From Lama guanicoe (taxonomy: Eukaryota), in assembly GCA_013239625.1 (NCBI GenBank), contig MU054400.1, positions 479,146 through 543,145 of the forward strand: a stretch of DNA of 64,000 nucleotides, read 5' to 3'. The position numbers were made by a program, and so were the translations under genes. This document shows, piece by piece, positions 28,588 to 42,400 of the stretch. The notes beneath the pieces are model-generated. The model worked only from the letters and a program-made list of their open reading frames with translations. It was not told the DNA's origin and did no database searches. Position 1 is the first letter of the stretch. Every line of letters begins with the position of its first letter.

Positions 28588-28887
28588 CAGGTCCAAAATT
28601 CTTTACCTGTAATTCTGAAATCAAACGAGCTGTGAAAATTGAAGTTATTTTATAAGTCGTTTAGCAGCAAAATCTGTCCTGAATTTAAGTGAGGCTATTT
28701 GCAACCTTTTAAACATTCATATGCAGAAATGTTAGTATATTTAATTATGAAGTATCACCTAGATCCTGATGGAAGGTATTATAAGATATACAGCATATAT
28801 ACCATATTATCTTACCAAAATACAAAAAATTCCAAACTCTAAAACATGTCTAGCCTCAAGATTTTCAGAATAAGTTTTGTGAGCCTG
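28588..28887 (+). mobile_element. MER46C-like Tigger (Tc1/mariner) non-autonomous DNA transposon
   Basis: Degenerate TIRs caggtccaaaattcttta and taagttttgtgagcctg; internal motifs resemble MER46C. Confidence 0.7.
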
Positions 28888-30036
28888 TTCTATCTGTCTA
28901 CCTGGTCTGCTGTTTTATGTATACATAAAGGTTCTTTGGATGATGTTTATCTAATATCATCTGGGTGACAGAATGTGGACTCATACTCTCTTCATTTTTC
29001 TACATCATTAGAATTCTTTTTCATAAGCATATAAAATTAAAATCTTTTTTTAAATTTTCAAGAAGAAAAGTTACAGTACTTAAAGGCGCAAATGACAGTT
29101 ATCTGAAAAATTAACTTATGTGGGAAAAATTCAATCTCTGATAATTCTAATTTCAGAGAAAAAAAATTGCCTCTAAACTAAAGGAAAAAAGGTGTGTGGG
29201 TTGGTGGAGGTTTGGGAGGGTGTAAACTATATGCTAGCTGCACTGCTTGCTGCTTGAGAAAAATTCCTGGTGCCAAGAGCCCTGTTTCAGATCAGAACTC
29301 ATTATTTGCTGCTGTGTCTGTGGTTTGTGCATCCATGACAATTAGATCAACAGACACCATTGTTAAGAAATGAAACTTTATGATTACAGTTAGCAGCCAC
29401 AGATGTATCCTCATTCTTTGCCTCTAAAATGTACTGGATTTTTAATCTCTAATTGACAGCCAATGCCCCCAGCAACACAAAGCCTCCTCATCCATGTTTC
29501 CTCTGTAATAATGCGATTGAATATGACATTTGTTACTATATGTAATGAAACTACAATCTTTACCTAATTGGGGAGGTGTTTTCCCCCAAAACTGCTTGTG
29601 TAAGTCTTCTATATCCCAGCTATATAACCCATCAATTTCCATATCCTTTCCATACCCAAAGCAAAAACTTTATTATCTTGCTGATCCCCTGTTAGCAAGA
29701 TGATAAACTGTAACAATTGCTAAATATCAGTATGTCTAGGAAATTTTGTTTTTAACACAAGTGAAGTCTCTCACATCTCTCCCTCTGTACATGGATAAAG
29801 AAACTCAAACAGTTACACAACACAGACAACTTTTAACCTTTAAACCAGGCAGTTCATCAGGTTCATCAGGAAGCTTCCCACCCCACACTCAGAGCTGGGT
29901 CACAGCCTCCTAGACCTAATTTCTGGTGAACAAACATCCTAGAGTGACCCCAAGGGAAATCCGGTCTCCTGAGCACGTACCCTTTCTGGAAAGCTGGCCC
30001 TTCCCAGAAGTCCACGTCTCGGCAATCCTCCTTAAT

Positions 30037-30050
30037 CCAGCAGAGGGCAG
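30037..30050 (+). promoter_or_regulatory. Candidate CTCF site
   Basis: CCAGCAGAGGGCAG is an exact match to the core consensus CCASYAGRKGGCRS. Confidence 0.5.
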
Positions 30051-31852
30051 GCCAACCATAGAAAAGCTGCCATTGTTAACCAGGCCAACCGGTGTCTAAC
30101 TGGTTGTTAAGGAAGAGAGGTGTATGGGAGAGAAATCACCCATTGGACAAAGGAGGTAGAAAGCAGAGTCAATATTTGAGTGCTTTAGCACTCAATTGGG
30201 GCAAAAGTTTGGCCCCTCCTATTAAATTATACCAATTGCTTCTAACGTATGACAATAAAGTCTAGAGAAAAATTATCACACAATTCTACCTGCTCATGGC
30301 AGGACATGACTCAGAGGTCTTCTAACTCAACTTCCTCGTTTTTAATTCCCACCTCCTATACCAAGGCAGGTCCCTGCATCATCCCTGATAAAGGACCTTC
30401 ATCTTTTTTGTATACCTACTTGAACTAAAGCCACCTGTTCCAACTTGGAACAAAATATGTTTTTCTGTAAATCCAAAAGAGCAAGCCTGTTCCCTTCAGA
30501 GATTACAATGTGGCCCTGATCTGAGAGTCAAAAGGGGGTTTTCTACACATGGATTAATTTTTATTACGGACAAAACTTTTCCCCCAAACCCTCCCCATTC
30601 AGCTAATACATTGGCCAAGATGGCGTCATATGTCCATTGTCAAGCTGAAGCCATCACTGGCAAGGGGAATGGAATTACCATGGGTGGCCTAAACATGCTC
30701 GTTTGCCCCCTGGGGCTGTGAAGTTACCACTTTCCTGAGCAACAAAACACAATTGCAACGCACCCAGCAAGGATGAGGAGATGGAGCTAGTGGGATGACT
30801 GTCAGGTGGACAGCCAACCCTTTCTGCAGGGTCTGGTCTGTGTGGCTGGGAGGAGGCACTGAAGAGCCCCATCACACAGAAAAGAAAGTGGAAAAGAGGA
30901 ACTGAAGGGCACCACCCAGATCTCACAGAGAGTGAGTCCCAAGCTTGTAAAAATTCAGCTATGCTAACTAACCTTCCCTTCTTTCTTTGGCCAGTGTCCA
31001 GATCAATGGCTGTGGAGGCTGTCCTCAGTGGACTAGCCAAGTCCAGGCTTATAGGACAGAGGGAAGCAGAAAGGAAAGATGCTGTCCAAGGAGGGCAATG
31101 AAATGGGACTGAATTGGGGCACAGAGAATAGTTCTAGGCTGATGACATGAGGCTTGGCCAGGACCTGAGCTACACGTGCTTAATCATGGAGACAGATACC
31201 TTCCAAGGAAACAGCCTTACTCACAGCACCACCAAAAAGGACAACCATAGGAATCATGTTTCATGTGACTCCAATCCCCTTCCCTATCCAAACTGACTGA
31301 ACTAGAGGTAGATAGTAGACCCAAGAGCCCACAAACCATAGGCTGACCAGCATCCTATGGCCTGAACTGGCTCAAAAAGATAGTTGATCCCATCAATTTT
31401 AGGACCTTGAAAGTGTGGAGAGATCAGGCACTTAGGAATTGGAGCAGCTGAAAGTCTCTAAGGTGGGGAAACTAGGAGATGAGGAAGATAGAGTGTGAGG
31501 TAGCTTTAGCTGAGAGGGGAAGATACGGAGCTGAGGGAAGGAAAGCCAATGAGTATACAAGGCGAGCACAGAGCACACATTTAGATTGTGCTAAGTGGTG
31601 TTAATGAAGGGACTCTGGGGTGGGGAGCCTTGACCTCCACCTTGCTGCTAAGGATGCTGGAGTGACCTTTGAGCCCTAGAGAACCTCCAGACTCCTAAAG
31701 GCCTACGCCATGGTGCCTTTTTCAGATTTCGGTGCTTCTACTTCTTTCTTTTAGCCCAATTCTTTCCTTGAATAACCCCTCCTTTCTTTGAGATAGGTTG
31801 CGGGAGGCTGTTTCTTCCAAAGAGCTTAAGCAATTCACACACTGGGAGTGAG

Positions 31853-32107
31853 AGCAGCAGTACTGAGAGTGGTTAAGAGCACAGATTGCCTGGGTGGGAA
31901 TCCTGGCCCAGCCACTTACCAGCTGCGCAACTTTAGGCACGTTGCTTAACTTCTTTGTGCCTTGTCTCCTTATTTGTAAAATAGGGACAATAATAGTACT
32001 ACCTCAGAGTTATGAGGGTTAAATGAGTTAATGCATACAAAATGCTTAGAGCACTGCCTGCCTGCTATGTAGTAAGCACTGAATAAAAGTTTGACAGTAT
32101 CATCATT
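31853..32107 (+). mobile_element. MIR SINE
   Basis: MIR core 'gtggttaagagc...ccacttaccagctg...tgtaaaatagggacaataatagtac...taaatgagttaat'. Confidence 0.85.
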
Positions 32108-35100
32108 AAAAAAATTTTTTTTATTATTTTATATATTAAGAATTGTAAAAGCCCTGCTCTTACTTATGTTTCTTAACACAATAAGAAAATTAATACTAAA
32201 AGTCAAACTGAAATCGAAAACTAGTTAGTTTTGGAGGGAGGGACTCCTCCCTCCTCGAGTCGATGCTGCTCTCACAGATGGGTTCGTAACCAGCTCATGT
32301 GTCACCAGGTGGTGGGTGGCTGATCCCCTGTAATCCTCTGCTTTGTCTTAACCCCTGGAATCCCTGTCTGTGTCCCCACTGGCCAGTTCTACCCATGTGA
32401 CCCAAAGCCACAATGAGGTGCGTGGCTAGCCCCGTGTTTATTCACACTGAAAGGGTTCTCCCACAAGCCTGGGGCTCAGCTGGGAGGCCAGGGTTGGACA
32501 GCCTGTTTCCTCACACCATGACTGGTTAGCACTTGTAGTTTCCAAAGGTTTCCCTTAACACCTCTTTGATCTGGGATCTCTGCAGGTGGAATCCACAGGT
32601 CCAGGCCGGGACAAGCCCCAGCAGTGCCCTGTGCTTCCCCACAGGGAGTTCCCACTGTTGTCCTTTTCTTGAATAGCATCTCTGATCTCCATGTCAGAGT
32701 AATTTTCTTCAGCCTCCAGGGACTCCGGGGCATAGAATAATAATCAAATTGAGACACCTGGAATGCTTGGCTTTAACTATCTTGAGGGAAGGGCTCCAGG
32801 TTCATTCCCCACATTATTCCTACTCTTACAGCAGAATGGGATTCCCCACTCTCCAAATGCTATGGACACATTTTGGAATGTCTGGCCAACTCACAATTCT
32901 TTCTTCTTTCCCCCTCCAACTATCCTCACTCAGAGGTGGGCCTGCTACAGCTACATTTTACCAGGTATTTCTCTTCTCACCATACCTGAATGGCCCAGTG
33001 ATGGACACTGACCCAAATGAAGCCGATAGGATTTTCTCTTCCAAGAACTAAGGATTGGGGTCAAAATACTCTAGTTCAAACTGACCTGAAGTGCTGAGGA
33101 GTTGTAGGTGGTCACTTTCTCTCCCTGACTAAGGAAGAAAAAAGTCAAGTTGTAGAGAAAAGAATCCAGCTACAAAGAGAAAAAGAGAGATAAGAGCCAC
33201 GTAGGGTGCTACCTAGGTTTCTGGTGGCTTTTCGTCATCATAAAAAGTGTGGTAGGGACTATTAATATCCCATTTTACGGATGGGGAAAGTGAGGCACAG
33301 GATCATGACATTATCCAGGCGATATCACATGAGATCCTGGATCTAGCTGTTCCTAAAGCAAACACAACTTTGGGCATCCTAGTTGTGAGAGCTGGTAAAG
33401 GCTCCCTTTTTGTCTCCTTAAGCTGGTTTGGGTTGGGATTCTGTCACTTTTGATTAAGAGTACTGACAAAAGACAACTGAGGTGGATGTTTTTGGATGGA
33501 TCTAGCCTTGGATGTGACAGAGGACACCAAAACACAGGAAAAGGAGATGCGAATGGGTGAAGCTGCAGACCAGTTTGGAGGTGGGAAGGGGCAGGAAATG
33601 GAGGAAGTTCACACCCATGACCCTTGGGAGGCTGGGGGAGGGGGGTTCTCTGAAATGCTAGGAGGTAAGGTATTTGTGCTGAGATCAACCCAAGCACTTG
33701 GGATGGGGAAAAGGGTGCTGATGGAAAAAGCAATAGCTGTAAACAGGAACCAGAAGGCGGTTTGTATCAGGTAGAGGAATCCCCAGCTATGATTATAGGT
33801 GATGAGTTTTATGTAGACTCACCCACCCAACTGTATGATTTTTCTCCAGTGAGGCTCTACTACGTTGTTGGGAATCAGCCAGATGGAGTAAAAGTGAGAA
33901 GAGGTTAGGACTTGCGAGGGTGCTGAGGAGAGAGCTGTTAAGGGGCTACACCTGGAGGTCAAGGCTGTCGGAGATGGGGAGCCATGGAAAGCTTGAGGCC
34001 CCAGTGAGGTGGAAGACAAGTGCGGGGAGAGTCAGACCGTGAGAAAACTGGAGAGAGAGGAGGGCATGTCTGAGCCTGAAACCTTGGATTCTGAGGTGGA
34101 GCCCTTCTCACTGATGACAAGACTTAGGACATAACCACAAGATGGAGTGGCTGAAGGAGAGTAAAGGAGAAATGTTGGAATGGAAAAAGTCTGGAATTTG
34201 GGGGCCAAATACATATAAATGTATAAACTTAGGAATACATGCAAACATATCAGATACAGCCAGACACAGGGTACAGACATACATGCAGATGTACACAGCA
34301 CAGGCAGGCATCACTAATTCACTGACACAGGACACAATCAATACAGACCCTCCCCTTTTCTCCCTCCCAGCATACAACACAGACAGGTACACACACAGGG
34401 ACACAGGGACACGTACATACACAAGTATGAAATACACATATGTAGACACACATAATCATGGGACAGACGCAGAAACTCTGATACACATACACACCAGACA
34501 ATCCAGTGACTTAAGGGAGTAGGTTTTTCCCCAAGATATTGTTTTTCTTGTTGATTCTGGCCACTGTGGTGCCCACGTGGCCAATCCCCAGTTCTTGGGG
34601 AAAAAAATACAGAAGACTGAAGCCTCTCCCAAGTCGGAAACAAAGGACCTGGCACAGCCCAGCCCTGGCTCACTCGTCCAGGATGTCTGCTCCTACATTT
34701 GTCTCCCTGGAACTGGAGTTCTGGCTCAAATACTGCCCCAGGGGCTCCCAGGCAAGGAAAACAGAGCCTCTCCAGGCACAGGGTAGCCCTGGGACAGCTG
34801 GCTCAGGCTGGGCAGACAAGCTCTGACACCCAGAGCCCTCGCCTTCCCCAGCCCAATCGTCGCCTTCCCAGATAGGTCAGCTTCACCCCACACAGTAGCC
34901 TGCTGGGGAAAGGGAGCAAGTGAGAGAGGTGAGGCTGGAGAGACAGGTAGGAATTAAGGCTTCAGCCAGAGGAAAATGGGGAGAAAATGGGAGACATATG
35001 TCTCACATAAGTGAGAGGTGACATGTTTAAACTTGCACTTCAGAGCTCCCAACACTGAGAATAGTGCCTGACACATAATAAATATGAATGGGTCTGGTGG

Positions 35101-36857
35101 CTTCCTGCAGAAGGAGCTGGAAACTGGTAATTCGAATGGTAGGAACCCCAGAGTTAGGAGCATCAAATCAGTTACAGGGGATGGGAACTTAGTCTGGGGC
35201 CAAGGATGATGTAAGAGTGAATTGAGGAAGAAATGGAAGCAACTGTGGATGTGATAAGAAAGGCTGTCCAGAGCTGGACCTCAAGAGTTGCAAGACCTAT
35301 GGACTTTGACTCATGCTAGTTAAAACATCACTATGATGCAGACATGGAAATCCAACTTGTTAATTTACTTATCATATGGGTATGAAATATGCCTGTCATA
35401 AGGATGGCAAATATATATATATATCATCATAAGCATTCCAATCAGCATACAAACATGATCTGGTATCTCTCATTCTTGAAATTCTTCTTTAATCCACGTC
35501 ATTCCACTTCATTTCCCACATCACTTCTCCACTTTCCTTCATAGCCAGATTTCTAGAATGAGTTGCCCCCCCAAAGCTATTTCTATCCTTCACCCCATTC
35601 ATTCCTAGCCTATTTCAATCTGGCTTTCATCTCCACCATCGCACAAAGCCTGCTCATGTCAAGGCCACCAATGACTTCACGTTGCCAAATCCAATGGGCA
35701 CACCTAGGTTCTCATCTTGAGAAAACTGAGGTTCAGAAGATTAAATAGAATTTCACTTGCAATTTGTCCCAGTCCTACTATTGAGGATTACTGCAAAATA
35801 TAAAACAAATCTGCTATGAGGCACAGAAGAGATAATAAATTGGGGTTTGGGACCACTTTTTCCCTGGAGGCAGGTATTTGTCAATACCAGAATGAATGAC
35901 CAAGAGGCAGATGGCTTTTTGGAACAGAAGGACAGGGATTGGAGTCTAGCGATGGCCAAAGTGTGGAGCCCTGATGAACCTCCCTTGGGTTAAGATACTG
36001 AAAGGCTGAACCTTAGAAATAAGGATGAATTAGAAGTAGATGGGCTCTCATAGGGGTCAGCTTTAAATCATCTCAAACCTTGAACCTGAAATAAAGTAAT
36101 TCTGGAAAGCCACTGACTCCCAAGAGCCTGGCAGAAGCAAACTAAAATCCCTTCTGAAGGAAGACATCTTAGGCCTCCAATGATTGCTATAAACAGTTTT
36201 TTATCTTGTGTTTTGCGAATACAATGACCTGTGTACTCTCAATAGAGCATAAATGAAAAACAGCAAAAACAATAGGCAATAGAAACAACTCCACAGGGGT
36301 TCCAAATATCAGAATTATGAGACATAGACTTTAAAGTAACTGTGTTTACCATGTTGAAAGGCAAGACTGAGAATTTCAGCAGAGGACTGGGAACAGCAAC
36401 AAAAAAAAAACTAAATGGAAATTCAAGCAGTAAAAATACAATAATCAATGGTAATAAATTGTGGATAGGTTTACCAGTCCTTTTGACAAGCTAAAGAAAG
36501 AATTCATAAAAAAAAGGAAAGAATTCATGAATTGGAAAATGTCATTAAAAAATAACCAGAAGTAAGTGCAGAGAGACAAAAATATAGAAAATACAGAAGA
36601 GAAGAACAATTCATAAACAGTATGATGAAAAGCTCTAATCCACGAATAACTCAAATTCCAGAAAGATAGAAGAGACAGAGAACAGGATAAAAGCAAAACT
36701 TGAAGGGTTAATGGCCAAAAACTTTCCAAAGCAGAAGGAAGACATCAAGCTAGAGATCCAAGAAGTCCAACTAAGAAATAAAAAGAAATCCACACCTAGC
36801 CACATCATAGCAAAGCGGCTCAAAAAGACACACTAACTTTAAAAAAAAGAAAGCAAC

Positions 36858-37184
36858 CCTTGAGCCTTTCAGTCTTGTCTCTAGTTAGAGCAATTCCAGC
36901 AGGAGAAAGAACTGTTTAAATTTGGCAATAAAGAATGGTTTCTGAAAATTGTAATTTTTTTTGACTATCAATCCTTGGAATGCTTTTGATTCTGTATCTC
37001 TCTGAATTTCTGAACCACAAAAGTAACTATTCATACATCATTTTTCCATTTGTACTAGGAAGTGTTTTTTTCTAGACTGTCAGAGATTTTCACTTGAATT
37101 CCCTTTCACTTGTTTGTTCTTTGTTTCTTGGTAATATAGACTGAATGTTTCTTATTTATATTATAATTAAATCTATATGAAACA
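36858..37184 (+). pseudogene. Putative 5'-truncated retrocopy (3'UTR-like, source unknown)
   Basis: Identical 19-bp flanks ttaaaaaaaagaaagcaac at 36839-36857 and 37185-37203; ATTAAA at 37166-37171 before the A run. Confidence 0.65.
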
Positions 37185-38162
37185 TTAAAAAAAAGAAAGC
37201 AACAATTAAACGAATACATGACTTCTCATAAGAACAATGGAAACTAGTAGACAATGGAATTTTATTTTAAAAGCACTGAAAGAAAATTATTGCCAAATTC
37301 AATTCTATATCCAGTGAAAATATCCTTCAAGAAGAAAGGTAGGATTCTGATTCCAAAAAATTATAAATAAAAACATACCAAACAATTGGAAGAATTTGAA
37401 CACTGAATATTCGCTACTGAGTCATTATTTTTAATTATTGTATTTGTGTTTTAAAAATAGAATATTCATCTTTTAGTGATAGGCAATGAAATATTTGCAG
37501 ATGAAATAGTATGATGTCAGGTATTTGATTCAAAAATAATCTGAGACTGGGTAGGGATGTGTGGAGTGAAACAAGTGAAGTAAATGCTGATAATTGCTGA
37601 AGTTAAAAAATGGGTACAGAGGTTCCTTATGTTAGTCTCTCTACTTTAACATTTGTTAAAATTTTTCCATTCTAAAAATTTTATCAGAAAAGAATGAAGG
37701 TGAAATAAAGACATTTTCTGACAAACAGAAAATGAGAAAAGTTCATCACCAGCTGAGCCACAGTAAAAATGTTTGGGCAAAAGGAAAATAATTCCAGATG
37801 GAAGCTTGAAAATGCAGAAAAGAGTGAAGAGCAATGAAAATGGTAAATATGTGGATAAACTCAAAATTGATGCTGTGTTTAATAATAATCTCCTGTGAGG
37901 TTTCAAATATATATGAGATTAAAGTGTATGACAACAATAACATAGAAATCAATAGTAATGGAGTGAAATTGTTCCAAGTTTCTTCTTGCATGGTCCTGGA
38001 AGAAGGTAGATTCCTATTAGACTTTAATAAATCAAGGATGGATATGGTAACCCCTGTAATGACCACTAAAAGAATAGTAAAAGAATGCATAATTTCTAAG
38101 CTAATAGAGGGGAAGGTTGAAAAAGATTTTAAGTACATAATCAGTTTAAAAATAAGGCAAAA

Positions 38163-38592
38163 CATTTGCAGCAACACGGATGGATCTGGATATCATCATT
38201 CTAAGTGAAATGAGCTAGAAAGAGAAAGAAAGATACCGTATGATATCACTCGTATGTGGAATCTAAAAAAAAAAACAGAGAAAAAGACACTAATGAACTA
38301 ATCTACAAAACAGAAACAGACTCACAGACATAGCAAACAAACTTATGGCGGGAAAGAGGGTGGGAAGGGATAAATTGGGAGTTGGAGACTTGCAAATACT
38401 ATCTACTATATATAAAACAGATTAAAAATCAGATTTCTTCTATATAGCACAGGGAACTATATTTAATACCTTATAGTAATCTATAATGAAAAAGAATATG
38501 ATAATGAATATATATGTATATATATATGACTGAAACATTATGCTGTGCACCAGAAATTGACACAGTGTAACTGATTATACTTCAGTTTAAAA
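38163..38592 (+). mobile_element. 5'-truncated lineage-specific L1 3' end, same family as the intron-7 L1
   Basis: Shares 'tttgcagcaacacggatg...catcattctaagtgaa...ggataaattg' with 10850-11220; TSD-like taaggcaa on both sides. Confidence 0.88.
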
Positions 38593-39358
38593 ACGTAAGG
38601 CAAGAAAGGAGATAAAAAGAAATATAGAGCATACATAACAAATAGAAAACACTTAATAAAATGATAGACTTTGACTGAAACACATCAATAATTACTTTGA
38701 ATGTAACTGGAAAAAAATACTCCAATTAAAATACAAAGATTGTTGGACTGGATTTAAAAAAACAAGCAACTACATGTTTACAGGAGACACAGGTAAAACA
38801 TAAAGATAGAGAAGAATTAAAAGTAAAAAGGTGGGAAAATATATAATGGGAAGACTCCAACCAAAAGAAAGCTGATGTAGCAAAAACTCTAAGCCAAAAA
38901 AGTGTAACAATTCTAAATTTGTAAACCCCTAATAACATATCCTTAAAACATAAGAGGTAAGAATCAGTAGAACTACAAGAATAACCAGAAAAATATACCA
39001 TCATAGTGGAAGATTTTTCACAAATAAAGGGTATAGAAGATTTTATTTTAAAATTCATTGAGGTTATAAAAGATTTGAATAATACAGTTAAGAAAATTGA
39101 CCTAATAAGCATACACAGAATGCTGTTCCCCCAAATTCTGACTACATTGTCTTTTCATGCATACAAGAACACTTGAGAAAGTTGACTATGTAGTGGACCA
39201 CAAAGCAAGTCTCAACAAATTTCAGAGTTGATATCCCTACTGAGGATTCTTTCTGCTTACAATGCAATTGAGCTAGAAAGCCAGTAACAATAACCAAAAA
39301 AAAACAACAATTATTTGAAAACCCACATATGATAAGACATTTGAAAAATATATTTCTA

Positions 39359-39452
39359 GGGGAGGGAAATAGGGAAATAGCTCAGTAGTAGAGTACATGC
39401 TTAACATGTGTGAGGTCCTGCGTTCAATCTACAGTACCTCCATTAAAAATAT
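39359..39452 (+). mobile_element. tRNA-derived SINE (Vic-1-like) inserted in an old L1
   Basis: A and B boxes; TSD atatatttcta at 39348-39358 and 39453-39463; internal gggaaata duplication. Confidence 0.88.
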
Positions 39453-42400
39453 ATATATTTCTATATTACCATTGGATAAAAGAAAAAAATCACAATTGAA
39501 ATCAAAATTTCAAACTAAAAACTATATAATAATAAACACGACATAAAATTATTAAATGCAGTTAAATATGTGCTTGGAGGGAAATTTATAGCTTTAAATG
39601 AATATATTTAAATATGTATAAAGAGTATCTAATGCTTCATCTCAAAGCTTTATAAGAAAATCAAATTAAGCCTAAATAAAGTAGAAGGAAGGAAATCTTA
39701 AAAATCTGATCATAACTTAATGAAATGAGAATAAACTACAACAGAAATGGTCAAAACCAAAACATTTTTCTTTTTTTAAAGATAGAAATAAAAAGGAAAA
39801 ATAACTCTTCAGAGATATGAAAACCTGATGAGGATATTATGAAAAGGAGAATTACTTGCCAATTTCATTCATGAACATAAATGCAAAAATCCTTAATAAC
39901 AGATTAGCCAACCAAATCTTGCAGTACATAAAAAGTTAATGACTAAATTTGTTCTAGTCTAGGAATACAAGATTGGTTTATTATTTGAAAACCAATCCAA
40001 GCAATTCACCTCATTAAAAAAAAAAGAGAGAAAAATCATATAATCATTTTAATAGATGCCAAAAACATTTAATAAAATTTAACATCCATTCATGGTTAAA
40101 CAAAAACAAACAAACAAGAAAATCACGTGTTAGCAAACAAAAGACAGAAGGGAATTTTCTTAATATGACAAAGAATAGCTACGTAAAAGAGCATCAAGTA
40201 TCATTCTTAATGATGAAATAGTAAAGATTTTCTTTTACATATCTAGATTTAAAATAAGGAAAAGTGCCTAGCCAGCACAGTTTAAGGCAAGAAATGAAAG
40301 CTATAAGGTTAGGAAAGGAAGAAACATCATTTGCAGATGATGGGACAGTATACATGGAAAATCCAAAAGAATATGGAAAAATGAGAATTAGCATGGTTAT
40401 AAATACAAGGTCAATACACAAAGATCAGCTGTTTCCATATACCAGCAACCACAGAAAACTAAATTTTAAAAGGCTATCATTGATTACAATATAAATATAT
40501 CAGATACCTAGGGAAAAAAAGGAAAAATGTGTACGACCCCGAAGTCTAAAGAAGACCTAAACCAAAAGAGGATTATAGCAAGTTTATAGATCAAAGGCTC
40601 AATGTTTAAAATGTAATCACGTCTCCTCACTGTGGTCCATAGACTCATTGTCATGTCAGTTAGAAACTCAGCAAATGGGGTGATGGTGGTGGTTGCATTT
40701 TGGTGGAACTTGAGGGAGAAAGCAGGAGCGAGGCCTCCAGAGACCCTGAAGGCAGGTTTTGTGTTTCACTCTGTGAGCTGAACTCTGTGTTCTTGAACCT
40801 TCAGTTCAAGTGATAAGGCAGACTGAAGGAGGAAAAGCAATAGAGCCTTCCAGGAAGGCTTGCAATAATGGCCCATTTCCCTTTGCACACTGACCATGCC
40901 CCTGGGGATACCTCAAGTTTGCCGGGAGCTGCCCTTCCCTCCACCCTCCCTCTCCCTGGTTTCCTGGATTGACAGAAGAGGACCTTGTGTCTGACCTTGA
41001 GTCCTGACTTAAGGGTCCCAGCAGCAACCTCAAACAGGCAGAGGGGCCTGGAGGAATAAAGCACCCCAAAGAGCTTTCTTAGAACCACAAGCTGGCAGCC
41101 CTGAAGGGCTCTCACAGCCTCCCTCCCCCGCAGTTTCTGCATGGGGACCAGAGATGATCTGACCTTCTTCACCTAGTGAGTCAACACTGGTCTTCCAGTC
41201 CAGGGCTTCCTCAGCTTCCTCTCCTGCCTGCATCCTCCCAAATCAAGGCACCTCTGACAGTGTGCTAGAATGTGTCCTCACCTCAGGGTTGGTGGAGGGC
41301 CAGAGAAAGTCCTGGCAGGCCTTGTTTTCCATGAAGAAAAGCCCTGAAATGGTCTTCTGGAGGGTGTGGGCAGTGAACCTGCAAGACAGGGCAGGCCCGA
41401 GGTGGAGAGAATGCCCACAGGCCCGGCAGAGCCAGCAAGGCCAAGCTCATTAGCCAAGCCCACCAGTCATCAAGCCAAAGGCCTGTGAGAGGCAAAGTTG
41501 AGCCCCAGTACCTGAGTCAGAGGCAGAGAGCATTTGAAGCTGGCAGGCAGGGCCCTGGCTGGCGTCTGAAAAACATTGCCCAACAAATTGTTCATGATGG
41601 AGATTTCTTCCATCCTCAGCAGGTCTGCTCTCCTCATCCCATGTCTCATTGTAGCTTCCATCCGGAGCAAACCGCATGAAACCTCAATCACTGAGGTCTG
41701 GAGTCTGATGCATTTAAACCCGGCCGAGCTTTGTAGAGCTCTTGGTTCGGCCTGTCTAAAAACCATGAATCATCAGACATAGCGTCTGGCTTCATTTAGG
41801 AAAATGCCATTGGCTGAGAATGTTCGGAGGACTGGGAATAGTGTGTCAGCTGCCCTCTTCTGGGGAGGAGGTCTACGGCCAGGGGGTGGGGGAGAGAAGA
41901 GGTACCAAGAAGGGAAAGGGAGAGCTGAGCAGGAGTCCAGGCCTCAGCAGAGCTGCCTGTCTCTCCGCCCTCCCCCACGGTCCCTAGCAGCTCTGGGACA
42001 ATGCTGTGCTGAGCCCCACTGGACACCAGGTGTCGCTGGGGAAAGGGACAGGGCTCAGCGCTGGGATGAAGGAGCTGTGCTGTCTGTGAACCAGGGGCTG
42101 CTTGTTGCCGCCTGGAGCGATGCCTCCAGGGGCAGAAAGCAGCCCCACTTCTTCTTCCGATCCGCATGGGTCCTCAGCACTCAGGGGTCTGTCTCCCTTC
42201 CTCCCTGCACCCCGTGACCCAGGCCTCCTGCATCCTTGTGGATGATTTCAATGTTAACCACTCCCATGTGTCTCCCAGTTGGAGATGCAGTGATGTCCTC
42301 AGTATAGGGAACTGCTGCCACAAAGTATGGCAGTTGCCCAAGTCCTCTAAAGCTGTAAAAGGAAAACAAAACAAAACCAAAACCACAAAACAGAAACCAG

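Larger units (their letters stand above)
35750..40700 (+). mobile_element. Large degraded ancient L1 with nested younger insertions
   Basis: A-rich ORF1/ORF2 remnants (aatccacacctagccacatcatag, ctatatccagtgaaaatatccttcaag, tttgcagatgatgggacagtatacatggaaaatcc). Confidence 0.8.

Noticed and set aside
29280..30000. Possible LTR-retroelement internal relic (minus-strand ORF 29442-29642)
   Set aside because: No gag, pol or env motif I can identify with confidence.
34200..34500. CA-rich stretch with ORFs on both strands
   Set aside because: Low-complexity degenerate repeat; the ORFs are compositional artefacts.
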